Assembly: GCA_020891255.1 (NCBI GenBank)
Contig: BQFW01000004.1
Coordinates: forward strand, 248,001-312,000
Direction of reading: 5' to 3'
Length of the DNA: 64,000 nt
Source: Entomortierella parvispora E1425
Lineage: Eukaryota > Fungi > Mortierellomycota
A program made the translations under genes and the position numbers. How positions within the stretch are numbered: the first letter of the stretch is position 1; every line of letters starts with the position of its first letter. Below, in pieces: positions 46,842-58,821 of the stretch. The notes below the pieces were generated by a model. That model saw only the letters and a list, made by a program, of their open reading frames with translations. It had not been told where the DNA came from and did not search any database.

Positions 46842-46907
46842 GACATGCTTGCCCTGGACATCCGCCAATCCTCATCCAGCTCTTTTCCCTCGCCTACTCC
46901 CTCCACA

Positions 46908-47819
46908 ATGACCCCCACTCTCTCTTCTGAAGACATTGCCTTTTATACTACTCAAACGGTTGTCACCGATCCTGGTCGCCATGCTGCCTTGTTCGAGGAC
47001 CTTCCAAACGATGTACCGAGTCTGATGCGTACTGCCCGCAATCTCATTATCCACTATCGTGCCGAGAATCCTCTCAAGCTTGGTGTCCCCAAGGATCGTA
47101 TGAAAGAGATTCACACGCGTCATATCGAGACCATGCTGACGACGCTTGTAAGTTTGAAGGAAGGCTCCATTACAAGTCCTCGCGCCCCGACCGAGCGCTT
47201 GGTCGGTTGCTGTCGCGACTTTGCCCTCATGTTTGTGTCCATGGCTCGTTTCAAGGGAATCCCTGCCCGCACACGTGTGGGCTTTGGAAAGTACTTTATG
47301 ACTGGATTGTATCTAGACCACGAGGTGGCCGAGGTGTGGGATGCCGACGCCCAGCGCTGGTACCTTGTGGATCCCGAGCTTGCGGATAACTTCAAGAGCC
47401 CCGATGGAGCGAACATCAGCCCATTGGACGTGCCCAGTGAGCAGTTCTTGACTGCAGGAGAAGGTTGGAGATTGTGTCAAGAAGGTCAGCTCGACCCCAA
47501 GACCTTCATGGTGGGTCCAGATGTTGACATTGAGAGCACCAAGGGCTATCCCCAGATCACGTACGACTTAGTGCAGGACTTTGTTGCATTGCTCAAGATT
47601 GAGATGCTCCTTTGGGACGAGTGGTTTGACCTTGAGAATAACGTGGAGTTGAACGTGGAGTTGATCAACCGCCTCGCAGAGGCGACGCGGGTCCCCGACG
47701 TGGCAAAGCTGAGAAAGTTGTATGAGGAGAACACGTTCCTTCAGGTGCCGGACACGGTCAGAAGCTTTGACCCTCTGGGAGGCCCCCCTTGCAAGGTGTC
47801 CTGGAAGACCCGTGCTTGA
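46908..47819 (+). CDS. Transglutaminase-like domain protein, intronless, bacterial (actinobacterial) type
   Basis: Triad motifs RLVGCCRDFALMFVSMARFKGIPARTRVGF (Cys), DHEVAEVW (His) and WYLVDP (Asp); N-terminal FYTTQTVVTDPG; C-terminal EMLLWDEW; single exon. Confidence 0.88.
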   Translation: MTPTLSSEDIAFYTTQTVVTDPGRHAALFEDLPNDVPSLMRTARNLIIHYRAENPLKLGVPKDRMKEIHTRHIETMLTTLVSLKEGSITSPRAPTERLVGCCRDFALMFVSMARFKGIPARTRVGFGKYFMTGLYLDHEVAEVWDADAQRWYLVDPELADNFKSPDGANISPLDVPSEQFLTAGEGWRLCQEGQLDPKTFMVGPDVDIESTKGYPQITYDLVQDFVALLKIEMLLWDEWFDLENNVELNVELINRLAEATRVPDVAKLRKLYEENTFLQVPDTVRSFDPLGGPPCKVSWKTRA

Positions 47820-48112
47820 AGCAACAGCGACCACTGGATGGCATGATAGATGATAGCACAGTTGGAGAATGAAGAGTCAAGAAAACAAATAAAAAAAGAC
47901 ATACAAAAAAAAAAAAAAAAAAAGAAAAGCATGGAAATGACCAAATGGCACGCGCGTCGCACGTGCGGTGGTCCAGGTTGCACACACGAGACAGTTCGCC
48001 AGGGTCAAGGATGCATGTGGTGCGTGGATGCAATGCTGATCTTCTTTCTTTCTCTCATCCTTCTTGTCTCGTCTGTTGTCATTCTCGCTGCTCTTCTCTC
48101 CATTCACCTACA

Positions 48113-48143
<31 letters not shown>

Positions 48144-48173
48144 GACTCACTCTAATAATATACAAGCAGACAC

Positions 48174-51100
48174 ATGGACCTTGCGCTATCGCACTTTCAG
48201 CCTGCACCCGCGTCCTCGCCAATGATGCGGATGCAGCGCCCCATGCCTAGCACGACCTCCAACCATCTGCTCTCGCTGCTCTTCTTCCACGAGTCAACTT
48301 CCCTCCCGACCGCCTCCCTTATCCCACCTGAGCAGCTCAAGAGCTTTCAGTTCCTGCGGCGAGCTTTTGAGGCTTCACTGAATGCTCTTGTCCGTGACAG
48401 GGTACGCAATCAGCTCGTCGTCCTTTGCCCTGTGCAACCTGCACTCATGGGCAAGGACGCCCTCAAAGGGTTGGAATGGGAATGGGGCGGCATTGACGAA
48501 GAGTTCATCCGTAAGACAGGCGGATGACAATGGCCTTGATGACTTATGACGACTTCGTTCCCCATGCTCACGCGACCTTTGTCTTGTTTCGTCTTTTTTT
48601 GTCGCGTTAGTCAGCCATATCGTGCGTGTGCCTGGGCGAGACCATCCAGTTGCAAAGGGACTGACTGTGACCACCCTGAACGGCAGATCGCTGATCCTGA
48701 CTGACACTACAGGTACTGTACTTTGGTTTGAGTCCTTGGTCCTGAGGTCCTGGGCTGACAACTAATCCCGATTTCGGAATGTAGTTACAACGGCCAAAGG
48801 GTTCAAGCTCCTAAAACAAGCGCGCCTAGTCTCTGAAAAGATCTTTTATGACAACGAGGGCCGAGGATGGGTCGTTCAGTTTATCGATCGACCTCTTGTA
48901 GGAAAGACACAGAAGGATGGTTCTCAGAGCAGCTCGACCCCTGGATCGCCCAAGGCTGTGGACTCGGAATCAGGGCAGAACAGGATATCTTCACCCCTCT
49001 CCAGCACAAGCGAGCCATCATACCCCCTTCATCCTCAGGAATCATCGTCGAGAGTATATCGGAGAAGCAAACAACGACCTGCATACAAATATGGCATGAC
49101 TCCATATAGAGAAGCGCGGAGAAGGAAACAAGGTCGACCACAGCTAACACTGCAGCTGGTCCTACAACGGTTTCCGGGAGTGCCACAAAAGCTGGAGCAA
49201 TTAATCATGGGGTTCAATGACGAAGCCATGTTCAAGAACAGTTTGGACGAGATACGGGTGTCGGTAGATCGTCTACTTACTGACAGCGTTGAGGTAAGAT
49301 CATTTATTTCCACTCTTTTTTTATTGGGTCTGAAATTCAGAGTAATTCATTGTTCTCTCCTCTGACATTCTTACTGCAGCTGCTCAATCAAGTAGATCCC
49401 ACCGTACTGTCGGCGCTTTTGGATGAATACGGAGCAAATGTTCAAGTCCTCGACCAGCTTTTGGAAAATTACATCATGAATTCGACATACGACATCATCT
49501 TTTTCAAGATCAACTCTCACCTCAAGCAACAGGATTGGGATTTAGCAGAAGCTATTCGGGAACTCAGGGTGCGTATATTTTCCAGGATGTGGATACCAGG
49601 CAGAAAAAGATAGGAAAACACTAACAGCACAGCTTTTCTAGAATTTAGATCTTGGCCAAGTTGGCTTACCGGACACGCAGCAGCACTTTCAATGTTTGGT
49701 CTCTGCCCTGAATGAGTTTCAGTCAATAGGAGTCTTGCGAACGCCAGAGGAAAAATTAGCCTGTTTGGTCAAATCTGTCCGCGTTACCAGTTCATTGTCC
49801 GGCGGAGCAGACGACTTGATCCCCGTTTTACTGCTGACTGTCCTTCGATCTGGAATCAGCAACCTGGCGTCGAATCTCTACTATATGAAAAACTTTGTCC
49901 TCTTTGGTGACACTACTCGTGGCGAATACGGATACTCTCTCTCAACCTTGGAAGCCGTCGCTCGATACATTCTTTCGCATTCTCGTCAACTCTCGCCCCT
50001 GTCAAGCATGAATCAAAAGTACTGGGAAGATGTGTGCTCTGGAAATCTAGCAGGGATCCAACAGATCTGCGAGGATCAATCCAACTCTGCAGACACGAAA
50101 ACTGCGCCTCCAGCTCCTGCACTTATTCGACGACACTCGGCGGCAAGTGTCGGGAGCGAAAGCGACATCTCGATCCACTCTTTGTTACAAAACTCCTCCC
50201 CGGTACAGAGTCGAGATGCAGAGGGAAACAACGGCGTGTTATTGGCTTGCCGATCTGTCCAGTTGGATGTACTACGCTATCTACTTGAGACCAAAGGACA
50301 TTCCGCCGATGTGGCCAACTATGAGGGTCGTACACCTTTGATGCAAGCTGTTCTCCTTGAAAACCTAGAAATGGTCCGTTTACTCCTTGAATATCTGAAG
50401 GAAGCGGATGCTGTGAACAAGCAGGACGTACTCGGGAATACCGCAATGCATCTGTGCGCCTCCACAGCCAATATGGACTTGATGAACGAACTTCTCAAGG
50501 CCAACCCAGACCTAGGGCGACCCAACAATGAGGGCAACACACCTTTGCTTATCGCAACCAAGGCAAGCGACGGTGGAGCCAATCACTTGACGGTCGTATC
50601 TTTAATAGCAGCCAAGATGACGGCTTCGGACATGGATCGGAGGAACAATGATGGAGACACAGCTCTACATTTCATTGTTGTCCCAGGATTGATCAAGGAG
50701 CTGGTCGACCTTGGCGCGAACCCGGAGCTGGAAAACTATGCAGGGTGGACACCGCTCTTGAAATGGGCTCTGCACGACAATACGGAGGTTGTCAAATGTC
50801 TTTTGCAGACCGGCCGTGTGGATGCTCTGATGACGGACTCGAGAGGCTATACCCCGCTTCACATGGCTTGTTTGAGAGGAAACGTGGAGATGGCTCAGAT
50901 GCTGGAGACTCACACACCTATTGACATGCAATCAGTGGTTGACGGAAGCACGCCCCTCCAACTCGCCTGTCAGTCTGGATCTTTGACAGTAGTAGAATTC
51001 CTATTGGAGAAAGGCGCAGATCCAGAACTGCGAGACTGGGCGAACGAATCAGCCGTGGACATGACCAACGACAATGCTATCCTGGATATACTTGATAACT

Positions 51101-53458
51101 CCATGCTGTTTTGGGTAAACAAAGGAGAGGATGGTAACCCTCCTCCATCAGATGGACAAGGAAGCAATGAGAAGATCACCGAGAGTTTGGCGCCATCAGG
51201 GAAGCGAGTTATCAGGGTTGTTCGAGGTACCATGGAAAACGATGGCAAGGTCAGATATATCGTGAAAAGTGGATCGGTAAATATGAACAGGCAAGCCTGC
51301 TGGAACTGGAATGAACAATGAGGAACTATCTCATTTCGAGTGAACAATGACTGACTTGCAAGTTCTTCACATAGACGACAGATGCATCGACCATCGTGAC
51401 TATGTCTCGATCCCTGGAAGACTTTCGCTTCTTGAGAGAGTCGTTGCTAGTAGAATCGCCCGACGCCTGCATTCCGTCGCTTGAGAGCTTTTACTCTCCG
51501 TATCTGCTCTTGCCCAGTCGGCCTTCCAAGACGGTTCTTTCCATATCAGCGAGGAGACTGGACATGTTCCTAAAGTACCTCTCAAACCACCCTGTCCTAT
51601 CAAACCATGAACTTCTCTGGGAGTTTGTTCTCATGCCAGAGCTCCAAGTAGGATCACAAGCGTCCGTCAATAGGGGCAGTTGTTTACAGGCGAACTTACT
51701 CAACTTGTCAATTTTGGATGTATATTAGAGGGAAATGATATCCGAGCGGTCCATTCGCAAACAGGAAAGTCATATCGACAGTATTTTTGACAATTTCCCT
51801 CAAATTGTGGAGCAGCTGGATCATGAGGAGATGTACTTCAAGTATTTGAAAGAACAGATTGTCCGGCTGGAGGCAGCCGTCCAGCAGGCAAGAAAGTGCT
51901 CACGGAAACTTAGTCGCAGTCAGCAAGGTACATTACGATCCTCGGTCAATCAGCTTCTCTTTTGATGTCGATTGCAATGTGGTTGCGCTCATTCTGTCAT
52001 CGTGATTAACTTGTTTTTGCTTGTGGACTTGTGGCGATTAGATGTACCGCAGCAACTGGACATCTTGGCCCGTGTTTTTGACGATGCGGACCAAATTAAT
52101 TTTACCAACAAAACCGAGTACATTCAGGCACTCAAATCAATTTCGTCCACACAGACCACCATGCATACTTCGGACATTGAGTCTTTGGGAAACCTCTTTG
52201 AAGGTAACGAACTAGCGTCTCTGGATATTTTCGCGGCGTTTTCTTTGACTTTACTAACCAGCTTAATACTACTCTAGACTTTTCTTTTGTAATTGACGGG
52301 ACCCTGAAAGCACTTCAGCACCCACAGGAGATTGTCGACTCGATTCGGCAGTTGCGTGCATCGGCCATCAAAGTGGAGCAATCCATCCGACGAAGTGAAA
52401 ACTGGTGGTCAGGACTCTCGACCATCGGAGAAGGCGCGCTTACTGCGTTTGGAGGAGCTGGGGCCGCTCTGGGCGCCGTTGGTCATGCTGCCAGTTCAAC
52501 TTTCGAGGTCGTTTCAGGAACTCTTGTGCCTGGAAATGGCGGTAGTAGTAGTGGTGGATCACAGCACGCACGAGCAGTGTCGGAAGGTCAACGACCTACG
52601 AGGGCCGCCTCTTCTCCTCCTGCCTCCATGGCTTCGTCCCCACCAAGACAGAGCCGAAAGATGGCGAGCAGTGGTGGAGGCAGTGGCTTCTTGACACCGA
52701 TTCAACCACGCGCAAAGACGTTTCAGGAGCCCTCCGCTTCATCATTATCACCAGCGTCCTCACCCTCGGCTCGCATGTTCTCCACCTCGTCCTCGTTGTT
52801 GACATCACCGTTTAGTTCGATTGCCGCTGTGGCATCGGCAGCGACGGGTCAAGTATCACAGGAGGAGATCCAGGACAAGATCGGAAAGGCATCGAGCCTT
52901 TTAAATAGTCTGCACGGATCCTTGTTTGAAGAGCTGACCCATCTGCAGAACCATCATACCAAGGAATTATCGAGAGCCATGCGGGACTTTGGGGCAAGGC
53001 AGCTGCAGATTGAACGGAGTCGACTGAGAGACATGATGGAGATTCTAAGCGATTTGCGGGTGGAAACATCCACACCCTCTCACAATCTCACTACCCAAAA
53101 CAGCAATGATCCAACCACGCCAGGAGGGATCGCGATGGGAGGGTCAGTCAGTCGAGGAATTAGCCGCCATCCTTCTATCCATGCACTTGTCTCCACTGTA
53201 GCGTCTACAACAACAACTCCATTTGGATGGGAGGAGGGAACAGGCGGCGGGTCCCCGTTCGAGAATGTGTTGGAGGACGAGAAGGAGGAAGCGAGGATGC
53301 TGTACCGACAGCACGAATTACAGCGGTCGAGGTCCCGGTCGATCCATTCAAACCATGACAGCCCCATCCTGGACAGGTACACGGGGCCAAGGAGCAAAGA
53401 TGCCAAAAAAGAAAAGGAAGAGGATGAGCTGAGTGAAAAGATACCCTTTGACGACTGA
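48174..53458 (+). CDS. VPS9 + ankyrin-repeat + PX(-BAR-like) protein, Vrl1/VARP-like; multi-exon
   Basis: N-terminal TTLNGRSL..AKGF. VPS9 motif RTPEEKLACLV..GGADDLIPVLL..SNLYYMKNF. Multiple ankyrin repeats (GRTPLMQA, GNTAMHLCA, GYTPLHMAC, GSTPLQLAC). PX-like VTMSRSLEDFRFLRESL..HPVLSNHELLWEF. Helical C-terminus. Confidence 0.88.
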
Positions 53459-53491
53459 GAGAGCAAGCAGGCTTCTGAACAAAATCAGCAG

Positions 53492-53524
<33 letters not shown>

Positions 53525-54394
53525 CGCGTTTCCCAATGCAAAAAGGTATCGCCACTCATGTTTCTATTTGAAGTTGTCTATATGAAAAGCAATGTGTCTT
53601 CCAGAGACGAGCAAGGGTATCCCTGCACATACGATGAATAAGCTGATGAGAAACTCAGACTTCGACCGAACGAGCGCCTTTAATAATTGGACTCCAAGCC
53701 CTCATCAAAGTCGAACGTGGCAATCCTTGATGGGCAGTGACGACCGACCACGCCGATGCCAGCGGGACAGTAATCTGGGCCACTGCCTCCTCCCATATCA
53801 ACTTCCAGTACAGTTCGAGGGTGCAGACCGCTGACTTCAACAGTCCTGTCGAGTTTCGATATTCGTCAAAAGTCACCCATTCGTGTGAGCAGGGCCACAT
53901 CCTTCCTGATGCCCGTCTTTGCCCACTTTGCTCGAGGTGGATCTTTACGCGTGGCTTCGTTTCCGATCTTACATCCATGTTGCCCGTCCGTCATGTTGAG
54001 TTTTCTTGACCGGACAAAGTTACATCGCGCCTTCATCTTCATCTTGTCCCTGTTTATCATTCCTGGGAGGAACGTGAGGGGAATAAACACCGTCAGAAGC
54101 GGTTCTTTACACGTTGGACTACGCTCCATGTGCTTGGCTCTGTTGAGCCTGCTGCCTTCTTCCTGTCCGTATCAGCGACTGCGTCTACGTCCATGTCCTC
54201 GACCTTTCTTTTCTTTCTCTGCAGAGCATTATATCTGTCCCGTGAGCTTTCACCTGCATCTCCATGTCGTCGAACGGTTGAGACCGGGCCTGAGTAAACA
54301 ATCACAGTTTTGTGGCTGGTTTTTTTCCAGTTGCTCGAATGAGCGCAATGTCGCTTCGCCATTCCGTCGAAACGCGGGTTGTCAGGCAGAGAGC

Positions 54395-54427
<33 letters not shown>

Positions 54428-56029
54428 CCTTTGGGTCAAGCGCCACCAAAATTCAAAAGTGACGTTGAAAATTTCAGGACGGGCGACACATGGTCCAAGC
54501 CAAAAGAACATATATCACAATAAGGGTCCACGCTGCTCGGTGGGAGTGTTGCCGCTCCGTTACACTTTGCTTCCCGGGTTCGACACTCGGCGTAGACTCC
54601 TTATGTCAGGTTATGCAGTATGACGCCCCTCCCGCTGTAGGCCTATTCCTCGTGGGGGGCAGTGTAGCCTTCACCTCTTCAGCCGGGCCAGCGGAAGGGT
54701 GCGGTGCCGAGCACTGGGGGGAGTTAAGCGGTCCTTCGGGGCCGCTTGAACTCTTGTCCCCGGGGCCTAGTACCTTCTTCTTCTCTTTCTCTTTTCACCC
54801 TTTTCACCATATGGCTCATGGTTCCCACCCCCATGTCACCATTGGCATCCCTGATGTCGCCAGAACTCTCTTGCTCAAAATCAATCAATCGCGTGCCACT
54901 CTCATTTTAGTGGCGCGACTTTTTTTGGGCTCAGTTCACTGCCACCGAGGTCAATGTTCATGGCACCATGGTCAATGCTTGTGGGAATGAAGACAAGGCT
55001 GATTGCTTACGTTTTCACTGCTGTTTATTATTGCTTTCCTCACTCTCACCTACTCTCACTATCTGGCCTGCTCTCAGTCAACTTGTTTTTCCTCCTCCTC
55101 TTTGACAAGCAAGAGAGAAACAAGCCGTGCAGGGCGCGCCAACGAGCAGGCGGCAGGCCATCGCACCCCAATAATAGTTTGCGTGCACCATGAAGGACAC
55201 GTCTTTTTTGGTTTGTATGGACAACCCCACGAGAAACCACACGTTTTTGCCAAAGACTGGTTCGGAAACCAACCCAAGGACTCTGTTGGACCATGATGTT
55301 GCCTGAGCAGAGCACCTATAAACACCTTCATAAACACCTCCAGTTATTTGCACAGTGAAAGGGGGGATAGGAACCAGAGGGCCGCGATTCCCGTCTCATC
55401 CCGGTGAGAAAACAAAGATGCGAGCGGATCACCTTCTCGACTTTGTAGTGGACATCTGCCCTTCCCCTCTCGAACGTAGACCGCGACTTTATCTACTTGT
55501 CCAAGAGGGTTGAAGAAGGACGGTTGTAGAAGATTGCGATGGTGCTGGCACACAACCTTCTTATACGGTCAACACCCAACGGACCCCCGTTATGGAGGCT
55601 GCACCCACGTTCCAGGTGCCGTTACAAGACGTACACCCGGGAAGTCCGTTGATTCTCAGGATGGCGCAGCAGAACGAGTCATGTCCACACCCAGCCTTAC
55701 CTGGCAGCACATCGCAAGCAATATGCAAGTATAGGGGAAGGGGAAAGGCATGGGGAAGGATGGGAAAGGATGGGAAAGGCAAGGACGGGGATATGGGAGA
55801 GGACAGGCGGAAGAATGGCAGGGTTGGTGGATGGGTGGGAATGAATGAAAATGTGGGACCGTTCGCGATTTCAACAATGGAGAAAAAGAGTGCTGCGCCT
55901 AAATTAAGGGTGTACGCCCAAGAAAGACGCGCCTTTTCGCGCCTGCAATGTGACCATGCTCCCACGCCTTTTGTTTTCCTTCGCCACCTCTTTCTTGTTA
56001 CCATCGACATTGCCTTTGCCATTGCTCCC

Positions 56030-58418
56030 ATGCTAATCTCATCCGAGTCACCGCTCCATCAGGTCCTCGCCATCCCGCTGCTGGTCGATCTAATCTGCCA
56101 ACATCTCGAACCTCAGGATGTCGTTCCAGCTCTACTCTCCTCGCGTGCATTCCATCTCGCCTTTCTCGAGCACCGCTGGACCTCCTTGGCCAGCCATCAA
56201 AGATATAGAACCGAACTCTGCAATACCTTTCCGCTCTATCCCTCACAAGAGCTCGCCACCGCCTTAGAGCGGTATGGTCCTCGGTTTGCCCGGCACCTGA
56301 CCCTGCCGGTCGTGCCAAGCTGCCTCCGACGAGTCTTTTTGTCCCATCGTCTCCCTTTTCTTCGACTGAGAACACTCCAACAGCTAGGATGGGACGATGA
56401 TGGGGCTATGCAGCTCAGGATGCCATGGGATGGAACTTTCCAGAGCACAAGAGCTTACGAGGATGAGGAAGAAGAGGAAGCGGAAGAGGAAGAGGAGGAA
56501 GAGGAGGAGGAAGAGGAGGAAGAGGAGGCCAGTGGCCGGGTCACTACACCCACGCTCATCAGGGACATGCTCTCCTTGGCTGAGCAAAGTCGCGTCACCT
56601 TACAACAACTAGACATAATTGGGTTGGGGCGCAAGGCCCATGGGTCGGACTCGTTTGCTCTCTCGACGCAGTTGATCAGAACTCTTCCCACGCTCGAGAA
56701 CTTGGAGAGGCTACAGTTTGGACCAGTGCCTATTGTGCGGAGTGGTGGATGTGGTCTTGCATCTCCCAAGTCGACTTCAAGAACTCCGCTTAACGGTGTG
56801 GACACCGTCGAGCATTTCTGGTTTGGCTGGTCATGTGAACAATGCGTTTGAGAAAGCATGGGCGCTTTATTGGCGGCAGTCGCAAAGTTGCACTCGGAAC
56901 CCAGAAGAGAAAGATGTTGACATGACTAGGAGAAGCACTGGCAACAACCCAAAGCACGATGGCCGTGACAACAGCGATCGGGAACCAGGCGAACAGCACC
57001 CTTCTCCTTCTTCGATACCAACTGCTCGATCCCTGTTGGAGAACATGTCGACCATGACCCGACTGACGAAGCTCTCTCTGACCGACACCACCCAAGCGCA
57101 TCCAGAGTGGATAGTCGTTCTAATCTTGCACCACTGTCCGCTGGTCAGCACATTCAAGTTGCCTACCCTGTCATACGTTGGGATGCGCGAATTGGCCCAA
57201 ATGGCTCAAGAGCAGCGACCCTGTCGACTGCAGCATCTAGAGATTTCAGATAATCAGATCTGGGATAGCGAGTCTGCAATGTTCCTGGATAGTCTTTTAC
57301 CGCCTGGATCTCGGAAGGGCAAAGGCAAAGCCCAGAGTGGTCTGGAGTCCTTGCCACCAAGGATGCAAGAAGGGACCCAGGGTGGCATCGGGTTACGTTC
57401 ACTGACCTTGCTGCATCGTGACTCCGCGGATACAGACTCCGAAATCGAAGACTATGACCACGATGAGACCGACGACTATGACCAAATGAGCTATCCTTCT
57501 CGATCCTGGTTCAAAAGAGCGCTGTCCAAACATTATCCAACGCTCGAAAGGATTTCGATCGTACTCTGCCACTATTTTCGGAGTCTGGACATTGTGCGAT
57601 TGTTCGAGAGTTGTCCGAGACTGGACACCTTGATCTTGCATGAGCCTACAAGCTCCTTTTACACATACGACCGAAAGTGGAGGCCAGAAGTGGATTGAAT
57701 TGCGTTTGCGACGAATCCTCAACAACGAAGAGCGGCCCGCTGGAATCCGTTTAACGAATGCGAATGTTGCGGCTTCATTGACTGTAGCAGCGAAAGTGAC
57801 AGTGATGACGAGCAAAACAAGTACGACGGCTTTGAGGAGGACAATGACTTTGATGAGGATAAAGGCAAAGACAAGGACAAAGGCCAGGACAAGGATAAAA
57901 GCAAAGATAAGAAGGACAAAGACAAGGGCAAAGATCAGAAGGACAAGGACGAGGGCAAAGACAAACTTTTGAAAGAAGATATACCATTTCGCCCATTGTT
58001 AACAACAGAAGTGAGGGGTCCATGGCCTTGCGCTCAATCTCTACGTGTCTTGTCTTTGGTCCTTCGCATCGATCTCAAGAACCAACTACCAGAAAGAATT
58101 CCCCAGCACTTTGCCAACATTTACCAGCGACTCGGACAGCTGGTGGTCTTGGAAGATCTGGCTGTGGGTTGCAACCCTGAAAAGATCAACTATGACCCCT
58201 GGTCTCGTTCCCCCGATCGGAATTCGAGCCGCCAAAGCCATGTGGTGGTGTCGTTGGATTTCTCACTCAGACAAGGTCTAGGCTACATGGACAAGCTCAA
58301 GAAGCTACGCCGACTGAACATCCGAAATGTGAATGTACCTATGGTTGGGCTAGAGGAGCGCGAGTGGATGACAGAGTTTTGGCCTAGCATGGACCTGGCA
58401 CTCGAACTGGTATACTAA
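56030..58418 (+). pseudogene. F-box/LRR (RNI-like) gene with a +1 frameshift (~56740) and in-frame TGA (57696-57698)
   Basis: F-box VLAIPLLVDLICQHLEPQDVVPALLSSRAF. The frame shifts between FGPVPIV and VDVVLHLP. Reading continues past PEVD* (IAFATNPQ...) without further stops to WPCAQSLRVLSL..IYQRLGQLVVLEDLAVG..EREWMTEFWP. Confidence 0.78.
57845..57965 (+). repeat. Coding repeat, D/K/G-rich (DKGKDKDK...)
   Basis: Repeated GACAAG/GGCAAA units in the F-box reading frame. Confidence 0.75.
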
Positions 58419-58821
58419 ACTCATGCCTCATCCCTTCATGAAAAGGTGCCAGTGTCAATAAAGATTGGTTGGAAACCAGACTAATTGTTACTACGAACAA
58501 ACAACTGGCATGGCCATCGAAGCTCACGGGCCCAAAGTGCAAAACTTCCAGTTGCTTCAGCCCTGTTCGTTTTCTCGCCTCGCGAGGAGGACTCTCTCAT
58601 CTTTGTAACCCGCCTTCACGTGATCAGGCGAGGGTGGACATGGTCATGGACGTGATTTTTTTTTTTATTGTGTGGATATATCCTCATCATGACGACCTTC
58701 ATCAAGAAGGTGTCGCTAAATATGGTATATGGTGAGAGTGCATGTTGTATCTTGAAGGGGGGGAGTAGTGTTGCCCAGCAATCAAACGAGCCCCTTCTCG
58801 TACAATGTCGAATTGCACAAC

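Noticed and set aside
53655-54449. Short minus-strand ORFs (107 and 118 aa) suggesting a degraded gene
   Set aside because: No domain, no consistent splice path.
55592-56029. N-terminal extension of the F-box ORF given in the ORF track
   Set aside because: Reads like promoter/UTR sequence; the paralog alignment starts near the ATG at 56030.
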